Assembly: GCF_001194135.2 (NCBI RefSeq)
Contig: NC_068987.1
Span: 71,383,066-71,441,773 of the forward strand
Source: Octopus bimaculoides
Taxonomy: Eukaryota
Length of the DNA: 58,708 nucleotides
Direction: 5' to 3'
A program made the translations under genes and the position numbers. Position 1 is the first letter of the stretch; each line of letters starts with the position of its first letter. The notes below the pieces were generated by a model. The model was given only the letters and a program-made list of their open reading frames with translations. It searched no databases and had not been told where the DNA came from. Below, piece after piece: positions 1-10,835 of the stretch.

Positions 1-87
1 ATATACACATAAATGTATCTTTATATTTATAAATATATATGTTTATATATATATATATATACATGTATACACGTACACGCACACATA

Positions 88-720
88 CAAGGTGTTCGGG
101 TTAAATTTGATAGTTTTCATCAACGGAAAACAAAACACGATATTTCGTCCTGAACATAGTAGTGTTGTTTACGTAGCTGCTTTCAGCTTCCAACAAGGCC
201 TGAAGAGCGCTCCGGCTCCTGACTCATGCGTTCCTCACTGCGTCCCTGAGAATATCTCCGTATAGCTTCTTTGTCTCAATCACCAGTTCCACCTTCGTGT
301 TTCAGGTAGAGGAGTTCGTGTCTTTCTCACACGCATCCCACACGTAGTAACCAATAGAATTACAACTGGGGTAATTTAGAGGCCAGATTTTGGAGCTGGT
401 CATATTGTAGAAAAATCTCTGACAGCCAACTCTGACACTTTCCGGAGGTATGGCAATGACCCGAATCCTACTGCGACACATATGGCCTTCCATTAACAAC
501 CCTGTCCAACCAAGTGTTGACCACCGCCTCACATGCTTGTCTGAATCGAGTTTAAGGCCCTGGTCAAATATTTAGGGATAACTTCCGACATGCGGACGGA
601 ATTGCAACGCAACCCGTGGCCCCTTTTCTAGTCCACAGCTTCGTTGTCTCCGTTGCAGCTGTCCATGTCACGTCTTACAGCCTTTACATTGTTCACAGAG
701 CATAGAACAACAGTCATTAT
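88..720 (-). mobile_element. Tc1/mariner superfamily (maT/DD37D-like) relic, internally deleted
   Basis: Minus strand reads KIWPLNYPSCNSIGYYVWDACEKDTN (decayed WPPNSPDLNPLDYYVW). An N-terminal piece (DMDSCNGDNEAV) resembles ELGESNGDYES of the 13.2 kb copy. TA at 86-87 precedes the TIR-like CAAGGTGTTCGGG. The far boundary is approximate. Confidence 0.7.
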
Positions 721-789
721 GTCGGCATTGTGATACATGGCATGAATCATCATGGTACAGATAACTTTTTTCAATATTAAGATGGTTTA

Positions 790-1005
790 GGGGCGTCGAC
801 CTGGCAGAATCGTTAGCATGCCGGCTGAAATGCTTAGTGGTATTTCGTCCGTCTCTACGTTCTCGGTTCAAATTCAGCCGAGGTTGACTTTGCCTCTCAT
901 CCTATCGACGTTGATAAATCAAATACCAGTGAGGCACTGGGGTCGGTGTAATCGACTAGACCGCTCCCCACTAAATTTCAGGCCTTGTGCCTTTAGTAAA
1001 ATGGA
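790..1005 (+). mobile_element. tRNA-derived octopus-type SINE (family A), near full length
   Basis: CTGGCAGAATCGTTAGC...GTTCAAATTCAGCCGAGGTTGACTTTGCC...GGCCTTGTGCC. The same sequence recurs at about 10 places in the window. Confidence 0.8.
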
Positions 1006-1355
1006 ATATTAAAATGACTTCTATACCACAATGTTACGTAACTTTTTCTGATCTAAAATTTTAAACTTTATGCTCTCCGATGCCGTTCACTGTTCTCGAA
1101 AACACCAAGCTATTCGGGAACAGCATACATACAAAACCGTCAGATGCAGCCGAACAAGATGTATATACACTGGAAGCTGAGGGGACAATGGTTATATACG
1201 TGGCACTCTTATTCATTCCAAGTAGTACTCTAACTGCAAACACAAGATATATATTAGTGCATATATATAAATATATATATATACACCCTCATGACTTATG
1301 TCTGCTTGTATATTCTTATATACAAAAGTAGTCATTCAACCCCTCCAAGTATAGG

Positions 1356-1361
<6 letters not shown>

Positions 1362-1388
<27 letters not shown>

Positions 1389-1893
1389 NNNNNNNNNNNN
1401 NNNNNNNNNNNNNNNNNNNNNNNNNNNNNNNNNNNNNNNNNNNNNNNNNNNNNNNNNNNNNNNNNNNNNNNNNNNNNNNNNNNNNNNNNNNNNNNNNNNN
1501 NNNNNNNNNNNNNNNNNNNNNNNNNNNNNNNNNNNNNNNNNNNNNNNNNNNNNNNNNNNNNNNNNNNNNNNNNNNNNNNNNNNNNNNNNNNNNNNNNNNN
1601 NNNNNNNNNNNNNNNNNNNNNNNNNNNNNNNNNNNNNNNNNNNNNNNNNNNNNNNNNNNNNNNNNNNNNNNNNNNNNNNNNNNNNNNNNNNNNNNNNNNN
1701 NNNNNNNNNNNNNNNNNNNNNNNNNNNNNNNNNNNNNNNNNNNNNNNNNNNNNNNNNNNNNNNNNNNNNNNNNNNNNNNNNNNNNNNNNNNNNNNNNNNN
1801 NNNNNNNNNNNNNNNNNNNNNNNNNNNNATATATATATATATTATACATATACATATATATTATATTATATATTATATACAATTTATATATAT

Positions 1894-1924
<31 letters not shown>

Positions 1925-2032
1925 AAGAGAGAGAGAGAATGTGTGACATAGAGAGAGAGAGACATACGCACATACATAAATACGTACGTACATACATACA
2001 TACATACATACATACATACATACATACATACA
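1362..2032. repeat. (AT)n, (AG)n and (TACA)n microsatellites flanking an assembly gap
   Basis: Directly visible; gap at 1389-1828. Confidence 0.95.
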
Positions 2033-2389
2033 CATGTTTATTTGTGTAATATAGGAAGTAAATAGAGACTTGTATCCCAAGCGAACTTTGACTATTAGAT
2101 ATCCAGATAACCGAACAGCGAACAACACATTGAAGTTCTGAACGTAGGTCAGTGGATCGTTCACCTTCGTACCCTTCATGTAATCATCAAACTGAGTTAG
2201 TATAGCATAATGAGTGAGAAATTTTGAAATTTTAATCACAAGAACATTTTATCTAAGTGATTTCAACGAGCTTTACATTTAAACATCTATGCCTTCTTAT
2301 CCCTACGCATACCGTCGCCCAAATGATGAGGCAGAGACACTTGTCAAAGTTTAGTATCAGCTGTCGTAAATACAACATCGTTTATTTCG

Positions 2390-2828
2390 TTTGTCTCATG
2401 CACTCACATTGCTGTTCTTTCTCTTTGATAAAAGGATTATCTGAAACGTCAATTGTTAAACTTTTTCCTTCTTTGGTGTATATGTATTTTCACTATATAT
2501 ATATATATATATATAAATGGAGAAAAAGTTCCATAAGTGCCTTGTCTGTTCTCCTATGTGTTCATTCTGTTGTCCGAAAAAAAAGTCCGTTTTTTGTGCT
2601 TTGTTTATGTCCCCGTTCCTCTTTTTTTTTTATCTTCGTTTTTTGACGTCCTGTACCCGGATATGCATCTNNNNNNNNNNTTTTTTGTGCTTTGTTTATG
2701 TCCCCGTTCCTCTTTTTTTTTATCTTCGTTTTTTGACGTCCTGTACCCGGATATGCATCTATACATACATGTAGATGTACGTATGTACATATATGTATGT
2801 ATACATGCATATGCTCACATATCATTTG

Positions 2829-2868
<40 letters not shown>

Positions 2869-2870
2869 TT
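2390..2870 (+). mobile_element. Penelope-like terminal-repeat remnant with degenerate hammerhead core; related copy at 48150-48430
   Basis: TTGATAAAAGGATTATCTGAAACGTC at 2425-2450. The downstream GTCCTGTACCCGGATATGCATCTATACATACATGTAGATGTACGTATGTACATATATGTATG aligns with 48328-48390. Confidence 0.4.
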
Positions 2871-4001
2871 CATTCATTCTTTCATTTCATATTTATACGC
2901 TATTTCAGTTCCGTGTTTCTCTTGTATGATAGAATTTGCACACTTTGATCAAATGATTGTGACACAATTAATTTAAATAAAATTATTTATATACCTGGTT
3001 TATGGAATTATATATTCGGTGGTGTTTATCCTAATGACACAGCTATATATACTTGTCCTACAAAGTCTTCTTGATTTTGATCGATCGACTTTCGGCCTAC
3101 TCGTGCATTGTTTCTACAAGATTATTCCTTTACATTTAAACACCTTCTTTGCTTTCCTATTATCGTCTCCCTAGCTTTATGTTTACACAGAAATGCGTCC
3201 ATAGTATTCATCCCTGTATGTAATTTTGTTTTTCTGATGCAACAAAATTTATTTTGGTAAAAGATGCAACAACTCCTACTCAAGCACATTTATCCATTTT
3301 TGATTCCGTCTTCGATCCACTATACTTTTCTTACATCAGTGACGTCGTTGGGAAATATATAAACGGCAAATAATATTCTTCCGCTAATAATATCAATGGT
3401 CTTGTGCCAATAAAAGAAATCAATATTTCTTACTGCTTGAATCGTCTATATTCTTTTAGTTTCGAAAGAAATTAATTTGCTTATTCAGACAATGAAACCG
3501 AACCGAATTGAATATAAGGAATGTAGGTAAGGGAATGAATGTGAACTTGTAAAAATAAACAAGCAAGAACATAATTGGAGTGGAGTGTATTCGTGAACAT
3601 ACTCAGTTACTACAAACTACGTGAGAGTAGGTTGAAACTGTGCATATATGAGGCATCTAACGACAGACTGGGTTACATGAAATCTGCTTCTGTGGTATTT
3701 CGGATATGAATATCGAAGATGTTGTTGGGTAATAAAAACAAAGGAATACTCTGATTACGGGTAATGCTCATTAAGCCTTAATTATATATTTGTGTAAGAT
3801 GAGGGAGGAAGTGTTAGATACAACAGAACCAGAACCATTATTTTAATTGGGTTACATAGGGATTTCAACTCCTTTAAACACATATGCTCTTTCCACCTTC
3901 CATCATCGAGAGAAGAGTTTCCCGTGATATATAGAGAATGGAGTATATTCCTAGTTTCAAATCTGCAATTTTGTGTTTATGATAAAAATTGTAACATGGC
4001 T

Positions 4002-4010
4002 ATGAGGTAT

Positions 4011-4068
<58 letters not shown>

Positions 4069-4093
4069 CAGCATCAGCATCAGCAGCAGCAGC

Positions 4094-4136
<43 letters not shown>

Positions 4137-4165
4137 TGGAGTCATGCACGACAAATGAGGTATGT
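4002..4165 (-). repeat. Compound (GTA)19-(GCA/TCA)9-(GTA)14 microsatellite plus ~19 bp unique sequence between 11-bp direct repeats
   Basis: ATGAGGTATGT at both 4002-4012 and 4155-4165. Confidence 0.8.
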
Positions 4166-4544
4166 GATTATATCAAAATCTTTAAAACATAATGTAATTT
4201 TCCTATGATACTGTTCATATTTTAGCAGGGAAAAATGGAAGGAGTTACAATCACACCTTCAAAGGAATAAGTGACGCAATTGAAGTAAAACTACATCAAA
4301 TTAAGCATCAAAACACGGATGCGGTTTCAGGCTCACAAAATGTTCAATCTTACTCAACGCAGACGCCTCTCTATCCTGACATCATAATGTCCCTTACTAC
4401 AGCACAACACCGCATATTTGCTGTAAAACAACGTGAAATTTTGAAATGCTGTTCCTTTTCTTGAAACGACCTAATTTAAATGGTATTACTACAACCTGGA
4501 ATGGATAATTGCTCACATAATTTTGCTCATCCTTTACTGTTGCT

Positions 4545-4745
4545 GTTGTTACTTAACCCCAGCTATCTTGATAGGGTAAGCTTGTGAGTAAAGACATTGT
4601 AGTTGTGATTATCCCGTTTTTTCATATATAATGTATGTTAAACTACATTACCCATTATGTCCTTTTTTATGAAGGTAGTCTAAGTTTCAAGAGGAAGTTG
4701 GTTACTGTTTCTTCCAGACTGAATGTCTATGTAATCGCTCTGTTT
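4545..4745. mobile_element. Degenerate octopus interspersed repeat (SINE-like)
   Basis: TTAACCCCAG...ACTACATTACCCATTATGTCC...GAGGAAGTTGGTTACTGTTTCT resembles a common octopus repeat recalled from memory; not verified. Confidence 0.35.
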
Positions 4746-5007
4746 TTTTAACTAGTTTGTGTAAGAGAAGTAGACCTCTGGTAAGCTGGATTTTCAGATT
4801 CCTGATGTTGCTTATTGACCCGTTTCACTCTAACGATATCACGAAATTTCTTGTCAATATATGAACATCACAATATTTCTCAATGGATTACTCACTTGCA
4901 GAAAAAAAAAAGTTGGGAGAAAAATCTAAGGAAATGATGCTCAGAGGAGATGATTAAACTTAGTAGTACATATGGAATTTCTGGTGGAATACCAAATATG
5001 TTTGTGA

Positions 5008-5125
5008 AGGCATGTGACGCAGGAGTTAGCATGTTGCAATCTTGATCGCAAATTCGTTGCCTCTATACCCGGACCAGGAGGTACGTTGTGTTCTTGAGCA
5101 CGAATTTCATTTCATGTTTTCCCAT
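5008..5125 (+). mobile_element. Degenerate tRNA-head SINE 5' part
   Basis: CCCGGACCAG...TTGTGTTCTTGAGCA aligns with CCCGGACCGG...TTCTTGAGCAAG in the SINE at 57446-57796. Confidence 0.55.
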
Positions 5126-6240
5126 GAGCAACCCTGAGACGGACTGGCTCAGGGTTACTCCGCTCAGGAGGGCTGTTGTGATTTCAGTCACTCGTTCCTA
5201 AAGTGGTTAACCGGTCTTAAGAATCGCAGGACTCGAGACAGAAACATTCAGGAGACTGACTTCTACAATATGAGCCGGAGAAGGCATGGGTGAAGGTGGC
5301 GCGAGGACGGACGACAAGTGTAGGCCACTGCAATAGCAGCATCCGGTGCACTGATATCCGAGACTATATACTTATTATCAGACTATAACATCATTTTATT
5401 AACATTAAGTATTGAGTGTTGTAATGTAGAATTCAGCTTCCGGTGTACTCAAACGGTGAGCAAATTTCAAATCTGGTTCGGAGTCATTCTAGTTTTAAAA
5501 TGTAAGATATCAATATTTAAATAAAGACAAAAACAAAAACGTAAATGGAAATATTTTTGGAAAGCTAAATGGATAAAAGGGTTACTTAGATAAATGATAC
5601 TCTAATTGCAAAGTCATCTCTTGGTAAATATATTATAATAGTTTGTTTGGGTATTTCTTAGTTCTCTTTTATGTAATACCAATCCAGAGGAATTATTTCT
5701 TTTTATTAGATAATTATCTTGTATTAAAGTCTGTTCTGGGTCATTGCTCTAAGGTAAACATCTCCGATTGAATAAATAAAACATATAGAAAAAATTGCTT
5801 AGATGAAAGAAAGAAATAAGGAAAGATCGGGGTGTTGGAGATTGAGAGAGAGAGGGGGGGAAGGAGGTTGGTAAAGGAAAATGAATAACGGTACAATGAA
5901 AGGGAATTACAGAATATAGGTTTTAAAAGACAAAAGTAATGGGGAAGAGGACAACGGGGAGCAATGTTAAAAGAGAAATGTTGGAAGAGTATAAAACAAA
6001 AATGTTACTAATTTTAGTAGGAGTCAGCAACTTGAGAAGGGGCAAGTCGATTATATAGACAGTTGTACCTGCCAGTTTTCCATTATTACATCATTAATTT
6101 ATGCACACATATACCATCGTGCTTATTTCTCACCCCTTTCTCTATCATCTCTTTGTTTGTGCATTATGTGTTCCTCTTGTTCGCTCTCTCTCTCTCTCCC
6201 TCTTACTCTCTCCCTCTCTCACTCTCTCTTTCCACGTTCA

Positions 6241-6355
6241 ACTTCTTTTTCATCCTTTCGGGATCGATTAAATAAGTACCAGCTCAACACTGGGGTTGAT
6301 GTTAATGACTTAACCCCTCCCACGAATTTGCTGGCCTTGTGCCAACGTTTGAATT
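6241..6355 (+). mobile_element. SINE family A, 3' half
   Basis: TTCATCCTTTCGGGATCGATTAAATAAGTACC...CTGGCCTTGTGCCAA. Confidence 0.7.
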
Positions 6356-6503
6356 TAATATGTAGACTGTCCTGCAGTGAACGCACAATCTCAGTCCTTT
6401 TGTTCTGGTTTTTGGGTACGCAGTGATAATTATATAGACCATGTCTTGTCTCTGATATGTTACAGTAAAAGAATGAAACCGTGTAGAATATGAGTTATGT
6501 ATA

Positions 6504-6794
6504 CAGTAATCCCTCGACTATTGCAGGTGTTACGTTCTAAAAACCACCGCGATAGGTGAAAATCAGAGAAGTAGAAACAGTACAGTACTGTATATATATA
6601 TTTTATTTATATAATTTGTATATATTTATTTTATTATAAATGCAATACAACACCATAAAAATATCGACGAGAGCTTAAATAATGGACCGCGATAGGTGAA
6701 CCGCGATAGGTGTGCCGCGATAGGTGAACCACGATAGGTGAACCGCGATAGGTGAACCGCGGTAGGTGAACTGCGATATGGCAAAGTATTATTG
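6504..6794. mobile_element. Tigger/pogo-type MITE with internal 14-bp tandem array
   Basis: TA at 6502-6503 and 6795-6796. Left end CAGTAATCCCTCGAC has an imperfect inverted counterpart GGCAAAGTATTATTG. CCGCGATAGGTGAA occurs once at 6547-6560 and six times at 6687-6770. Confidence 0.75.
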
Positions 6795-6824
6795 TATTGT
6801 GTTTTAATATATGGTAATACGAAA

Positions 6825-7004
6825 GTGGCGAACTGACAAAAACCGTTAACACGCCGGGCATCTTTCGTTCAAATTCCGCCGAGCTTGACTTTGCCTTTCA
6901 TCCTTTTGGAGTCGATGAAATAAGCACCACTTGAGCACTGGAGTCAATGTAATCGACTTAACTCCTCCCCCGAAATTTCTGGCCTTGTGCCAAAATTTGA
7001 AACG
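6825..7004 (+). mobile_element. SINE family A with internal deletion
   Basis: GTTCAAATTCCGCCGAGCTTGACTTTGCCTTTCATCC...GGCCTTGTGCCAAAATTTGAAAC. Confidence 0.8.
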
Positions 7005-7519
7005 TATGAAAGGAAATGATTATATAAAAATATGCGTGGCGTTCTTTTACTAGGTAATGAATATTTACAGAAAGAGCTGATTTGCGTCCTTTGGTTTTGA
7101 TTCTGCATTGCATATGTTGTGTATGTTGAGCTATAACTGATCATGATTGAAACGGGTACGTTTTGCATACTGACTAGGTTACTAGTGAATTAGAGACGTT
7201 TTCCATAGATTTTGATTTGTTCCTAAAAAGTCAGATGTTCGGACTGAAGTTGTAGGCACTTTGTGAGCTATTGTCATGATTCACGAATGTTTGACATATT
7301 GAATGGCAATGGAAACATCTAAATGAGTAACTAATCTGATTGTTTTAAATATTCCGTATTTTCAGCATGTGGTATATTAGCCGTCAAATGTTCATGTTTC
7401 TTTCATTCATGTACAGATAAATTTAGAGCCCCGAATTCTAGTTATATATATTTGCGTATTTTCGGTTTTTATATAACCTGCTAGCATGAACGAAGTTGCC
7501 ATAGCCTCACTTCATATAG

Positions 7520-7553
7520 CTAGCTAGCTAGATAGATAGAGAGAGAGAGAGAG

Positions 7554-7588
<35 letters not shown>

Positions 7589-7714
7589 TAGATAGATTCA
7601 TACATACATATTTATATACATACATGCATACATACATGCACACACATACGCACATAGTGGTATGCGCACATATATATTAATACATATAGATGTGCATATA
7701 TATGTATGTATATA
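7520..7714. repeat. Compound (TAGC)/(AG)/(ACAG)/(TAGA)/(TACA) microsatellite
   Basis: Directly visible, next to a gap. Confidence 0.9.
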
Positions 7715-9109
7715 NNNNNNNNNNNNNNNNNNNNNNNNNNNNNNNNNNNNNNNNNNNNNNNNNNNNNNNNNNNNNNNNNNNNNNNNNNNNNNNNNNNNNN
7801 NNNNNNNNNNNNNNNNNNNNNNNNNNNNNNNNNNNNNNNNNNNNNNNNNNNNNNNNNNNNNNNNNNNNNNNNNNNNNNNNNNNNNNNNNNNNNNNNNNNN
7901 NNNNNNNNNNNNNNNNNNNNNNNNNNNNNNNNNNNNNNNNNNNNNNNNNNNNNNNNNNNNNNNNNNNNNNNNNNNNNNNNNNNNNNNNNNNNNNNNNNNN
8001 NNNNNNNNNNNNNNNNNNNNNNNNNNNNNNNNNNNNNNNNNNNNNNNNNNNNNNNNNNNNNNNNNNNNNNNNNNNNNNNNNNNNNNNNNNNNNNNNNNNN
8101 NNNNNNNNNNNNNNNNNNNNNNNNNNNNNNNNNNNNNNNNNNNNNNNNNNNNNNNNNNNNNNNNNNNNNNNNNNNNNNNNNNNNNNNNNNNNNNNNNNNN
8201 NNNNNNNNNNNNNNNNNNNNNNNNNNNNNNNNNGTTCTAGTTGAATACTTTTATGAAGGTTTTGCATTTTATTTTAGCATTTTCTATGAGTTCATTGCAG
8301 TTTGATGGGAAGTGTAAAGTTACTGAATCAAACAAACTTCAAGAAACTCAGGAATATTTCAAAGAAAGTAAAAACCAACTGGCAAAAATTACGCTTTCAA
8401 TATAACATAAATAAAAGAAAATCTGGAACCGATGTATACAAATATGTTAAAAATATAGATATACTTATATACACGCTTACATATACGCACATACTTAACT
8501 GTATATATGTATGTATGTGTGTGCGTGCGTGTTTGTGTGTGTTGTATGCATGTAATGCATGTACATACGACTAAATGTGTATTCAAATTGCAATACTTTT
8601 CATTACGTCATATGCCTGTGTACGTATAGGTAGAATAGTTGTACGTTATGTACGTTTAAAATACACGAACAAGAGGCGGTGTCAAAGAGTGCATTCGTAA
8701 ACTTTAGTACTTTACCTGTAGTTGTATGAATGCATGAAAACCTGTATGTTTACATTTACACAGACGCACGGTGACACACTAAAACACACACACACACACA
8801 CACACACATAGAGATGTATAGTTATTGAGTGTATGCATGCATGTATGTATGCATTCATATGTGTGGGTGTAATACGTGCCTGCTACTACATACACGTCTA
8901 CATCTTTTGCAAGCTTATCGCCATATAAACTAATGTGAATGAAGTCTTATGAATTCCATGTTTTTCCAATATATTTTCAATCATTCATTGAGTAGGTTCC
9001 TATTTTGCAATTGGAAAAAGTTCGAAACCAGTTCCAGTGACAAAACAAGTGTGTATGTGTGTGTGTGTGTGGGGGGTATGATACAGGTCTGCATATATGA
9101 ATAAATGTG

Positions 9110-9166
<57 letters not shown>

Positions 9167-9266
9167 GTATATAATTGTGTAAGAGCTAAAACACAGTATA
9201 TAAGTCATATGTGTACTTTGCTTTGATCTAAAAACCTATGAACTAGTAAGTATATCAGCACACCAC

Positions 9267-9267
<1 letters not shown>

Positions 9268-9325
<58 letters not shown>

Positions 9326-9392
9326 GTCATTGCAACGATAATAACAATAGCATCAATAGCAAGAAGAAGAAGAAGAAGAAGAAGAAGAAGAA
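9268..9392. repeat. (AAT)n and (AAG)n microsatellites
   Basis: Directly visible. Confidence 0.95.
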
Positions 9393-9804
9393 AAAGAATT
9401 TGGGGACAGAGAAGATTTTCAGATTCGTACTTGGTTGCTGAATATCATGGAAAGACACTGTTAGGTCTTTGACAACAGGTGGCTGTCCGCTATCACAGAA
9501 TTAAACGAAGTAAAAAAGAGAGGTCTAAGAAATAAAATGATGTATTAAGAATAATAATGCTAATGATAAAGAAATAGTAAATAAATGGTATGAAACGGTA
9601 AAGAAATAAAGAAAGGAAAGAATAACAGGATAAATATATGCAAAGAAATAGAATCCAAGTAACAAACACAGAACGTTAGAACGATAGACCGTTGGCTTTG
9701 GTTGACGGAAGGGAACATGAATTGTGATAAAGAAATAATAACCATTTAGGAACAAGCCGATAGAACAAATCTGATAAAGGCGAAGATCGACAAAACTCAA
9801 TCAC

Positions 9805-10835
9805 ACGTCAAATATAAAATATTCAGAAATGAACGAAAGTATCAGTCACACTTTGAGTGAGTACACAATTTGGGTGAGCACAAAGGAGTACAAGCGCAGG
9901 CAACATTGTGTAGGCAAAGAAGTGTATTGGAATGATAGCCGAGTGTTTTGCTTCTCTAAAATGTAGTATGAACACGAGACTGTGATAGAGAATGGGAATT
10001 ACGAGGTGGTATCAAAAGGTTCCCGAACTATTTATGCTTAATAAAAAAATTACTTATTTACCTAAGTTTTAGCATCGTCTCCTTCGAAATAGTCTCATTG
10101 CGTAGCAATACACCGGTCCCAGCGTTCCTGTCACTTGTGGAATTCAGCGAGGACGCCGTTTTCCGTAAGCGAGTCGACGACCTTCTGCGATTTGCTCTGA
10201 ATTTCGACAACGGTGTTAAAACTGTCTTTTGAGCTACATTTTAACCTTCGAGAAGAGATGGAAGTCTGCAGCTGCTAAATCTGGCGGAAAGGGCGGGTGC
10301 AGAAGCGATACCATGTTGTTTTGGGCGAGAAACTCAAGAGCGACGAGAGCTTGTTGACAAGGTGTATTGTCGTCCTGTAGAATTCAATTTTTCGTGCTCT
10401 ACAGTTCTGGTTNNNNNNNNNNAATGTCATCCCTCAAACGCTTCAAAACGTTGCAGTAGAACTCTCGATTGATGGTCTGGCACTGGGGGTCGAATTCGCG
10501 ATGCATAATACCACATTTTCGGGGGTGACGTTCGTAGTAGGTCTTTCAGATCGCTCATCGTCTCTCCAATAAATTCTTCGTCTTTTGAAGCGCTCTTGCC
10601 ACTCGGAACAGCACTGTGCACAACATAATGCATCGTTGCCATATGTTTGCCGAAGCATGTTCAATGTCTCTGTAGCAGACTTCTTAAAAGTATGTTGACA
10701 TCTGTCAACAGAACTAGTCCCGGAACTTTTTGATACACCTTGTACAAGATATTGTGGGACTCTCCTATAAAGATTGGCTATAATATTGAAATAAGAAGAC
10801 CACATATGACTATAGTGGACAAAATGAAAAGATTT
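9805..10835 (+). mobile_element. R4/Dong-clade non-LTR retrotransposon fragment (knuckle to endonuclease start), split by a mariner
   Basis: KEYKRRQHCVGKEVYW before the mariner. Removing the mariner and one TA restores EHETVIENGNYKILWDSPIKIGYNIEIRRPHMTIVDK. Confidence 0.8.
10002..10742 (-). mobile_element. Mariner transposon, internally deleted and pseudogenised
   Basis: TA at 10000-10001 and 10743-10744. TIRs CGAGGTGGTATCAAAAGGTTCCCGAACT versus reverse-complemented right end CAAGGTGTATCAAAAAGTTCCGGGACT. Minus strand KKSATETLNMLRQTYGNDAL...WQERFK...DDERSERP is a mariner helix-turn-helix region. Confidence 0.88.

Noticed and set aside
2590-2760. ~80-bp tandem duplication
   Set aside because: The copies sit either side of a 10-N placeholder, typical of unmerged overlapping contig ends.
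5150-5225. Twister ribozyme (TTACTCCGC, GGAGGG and GGTCTTAAG resemble twister motifs)
   Set aside because: Motif order and spacing do not give a complete twister fold.
7071-7155. Coding exon bounded by TTACAG and GTACGT
   Set aside because: Stops in all three frames; a non-coding exon cannot be excluded but is unsupported.
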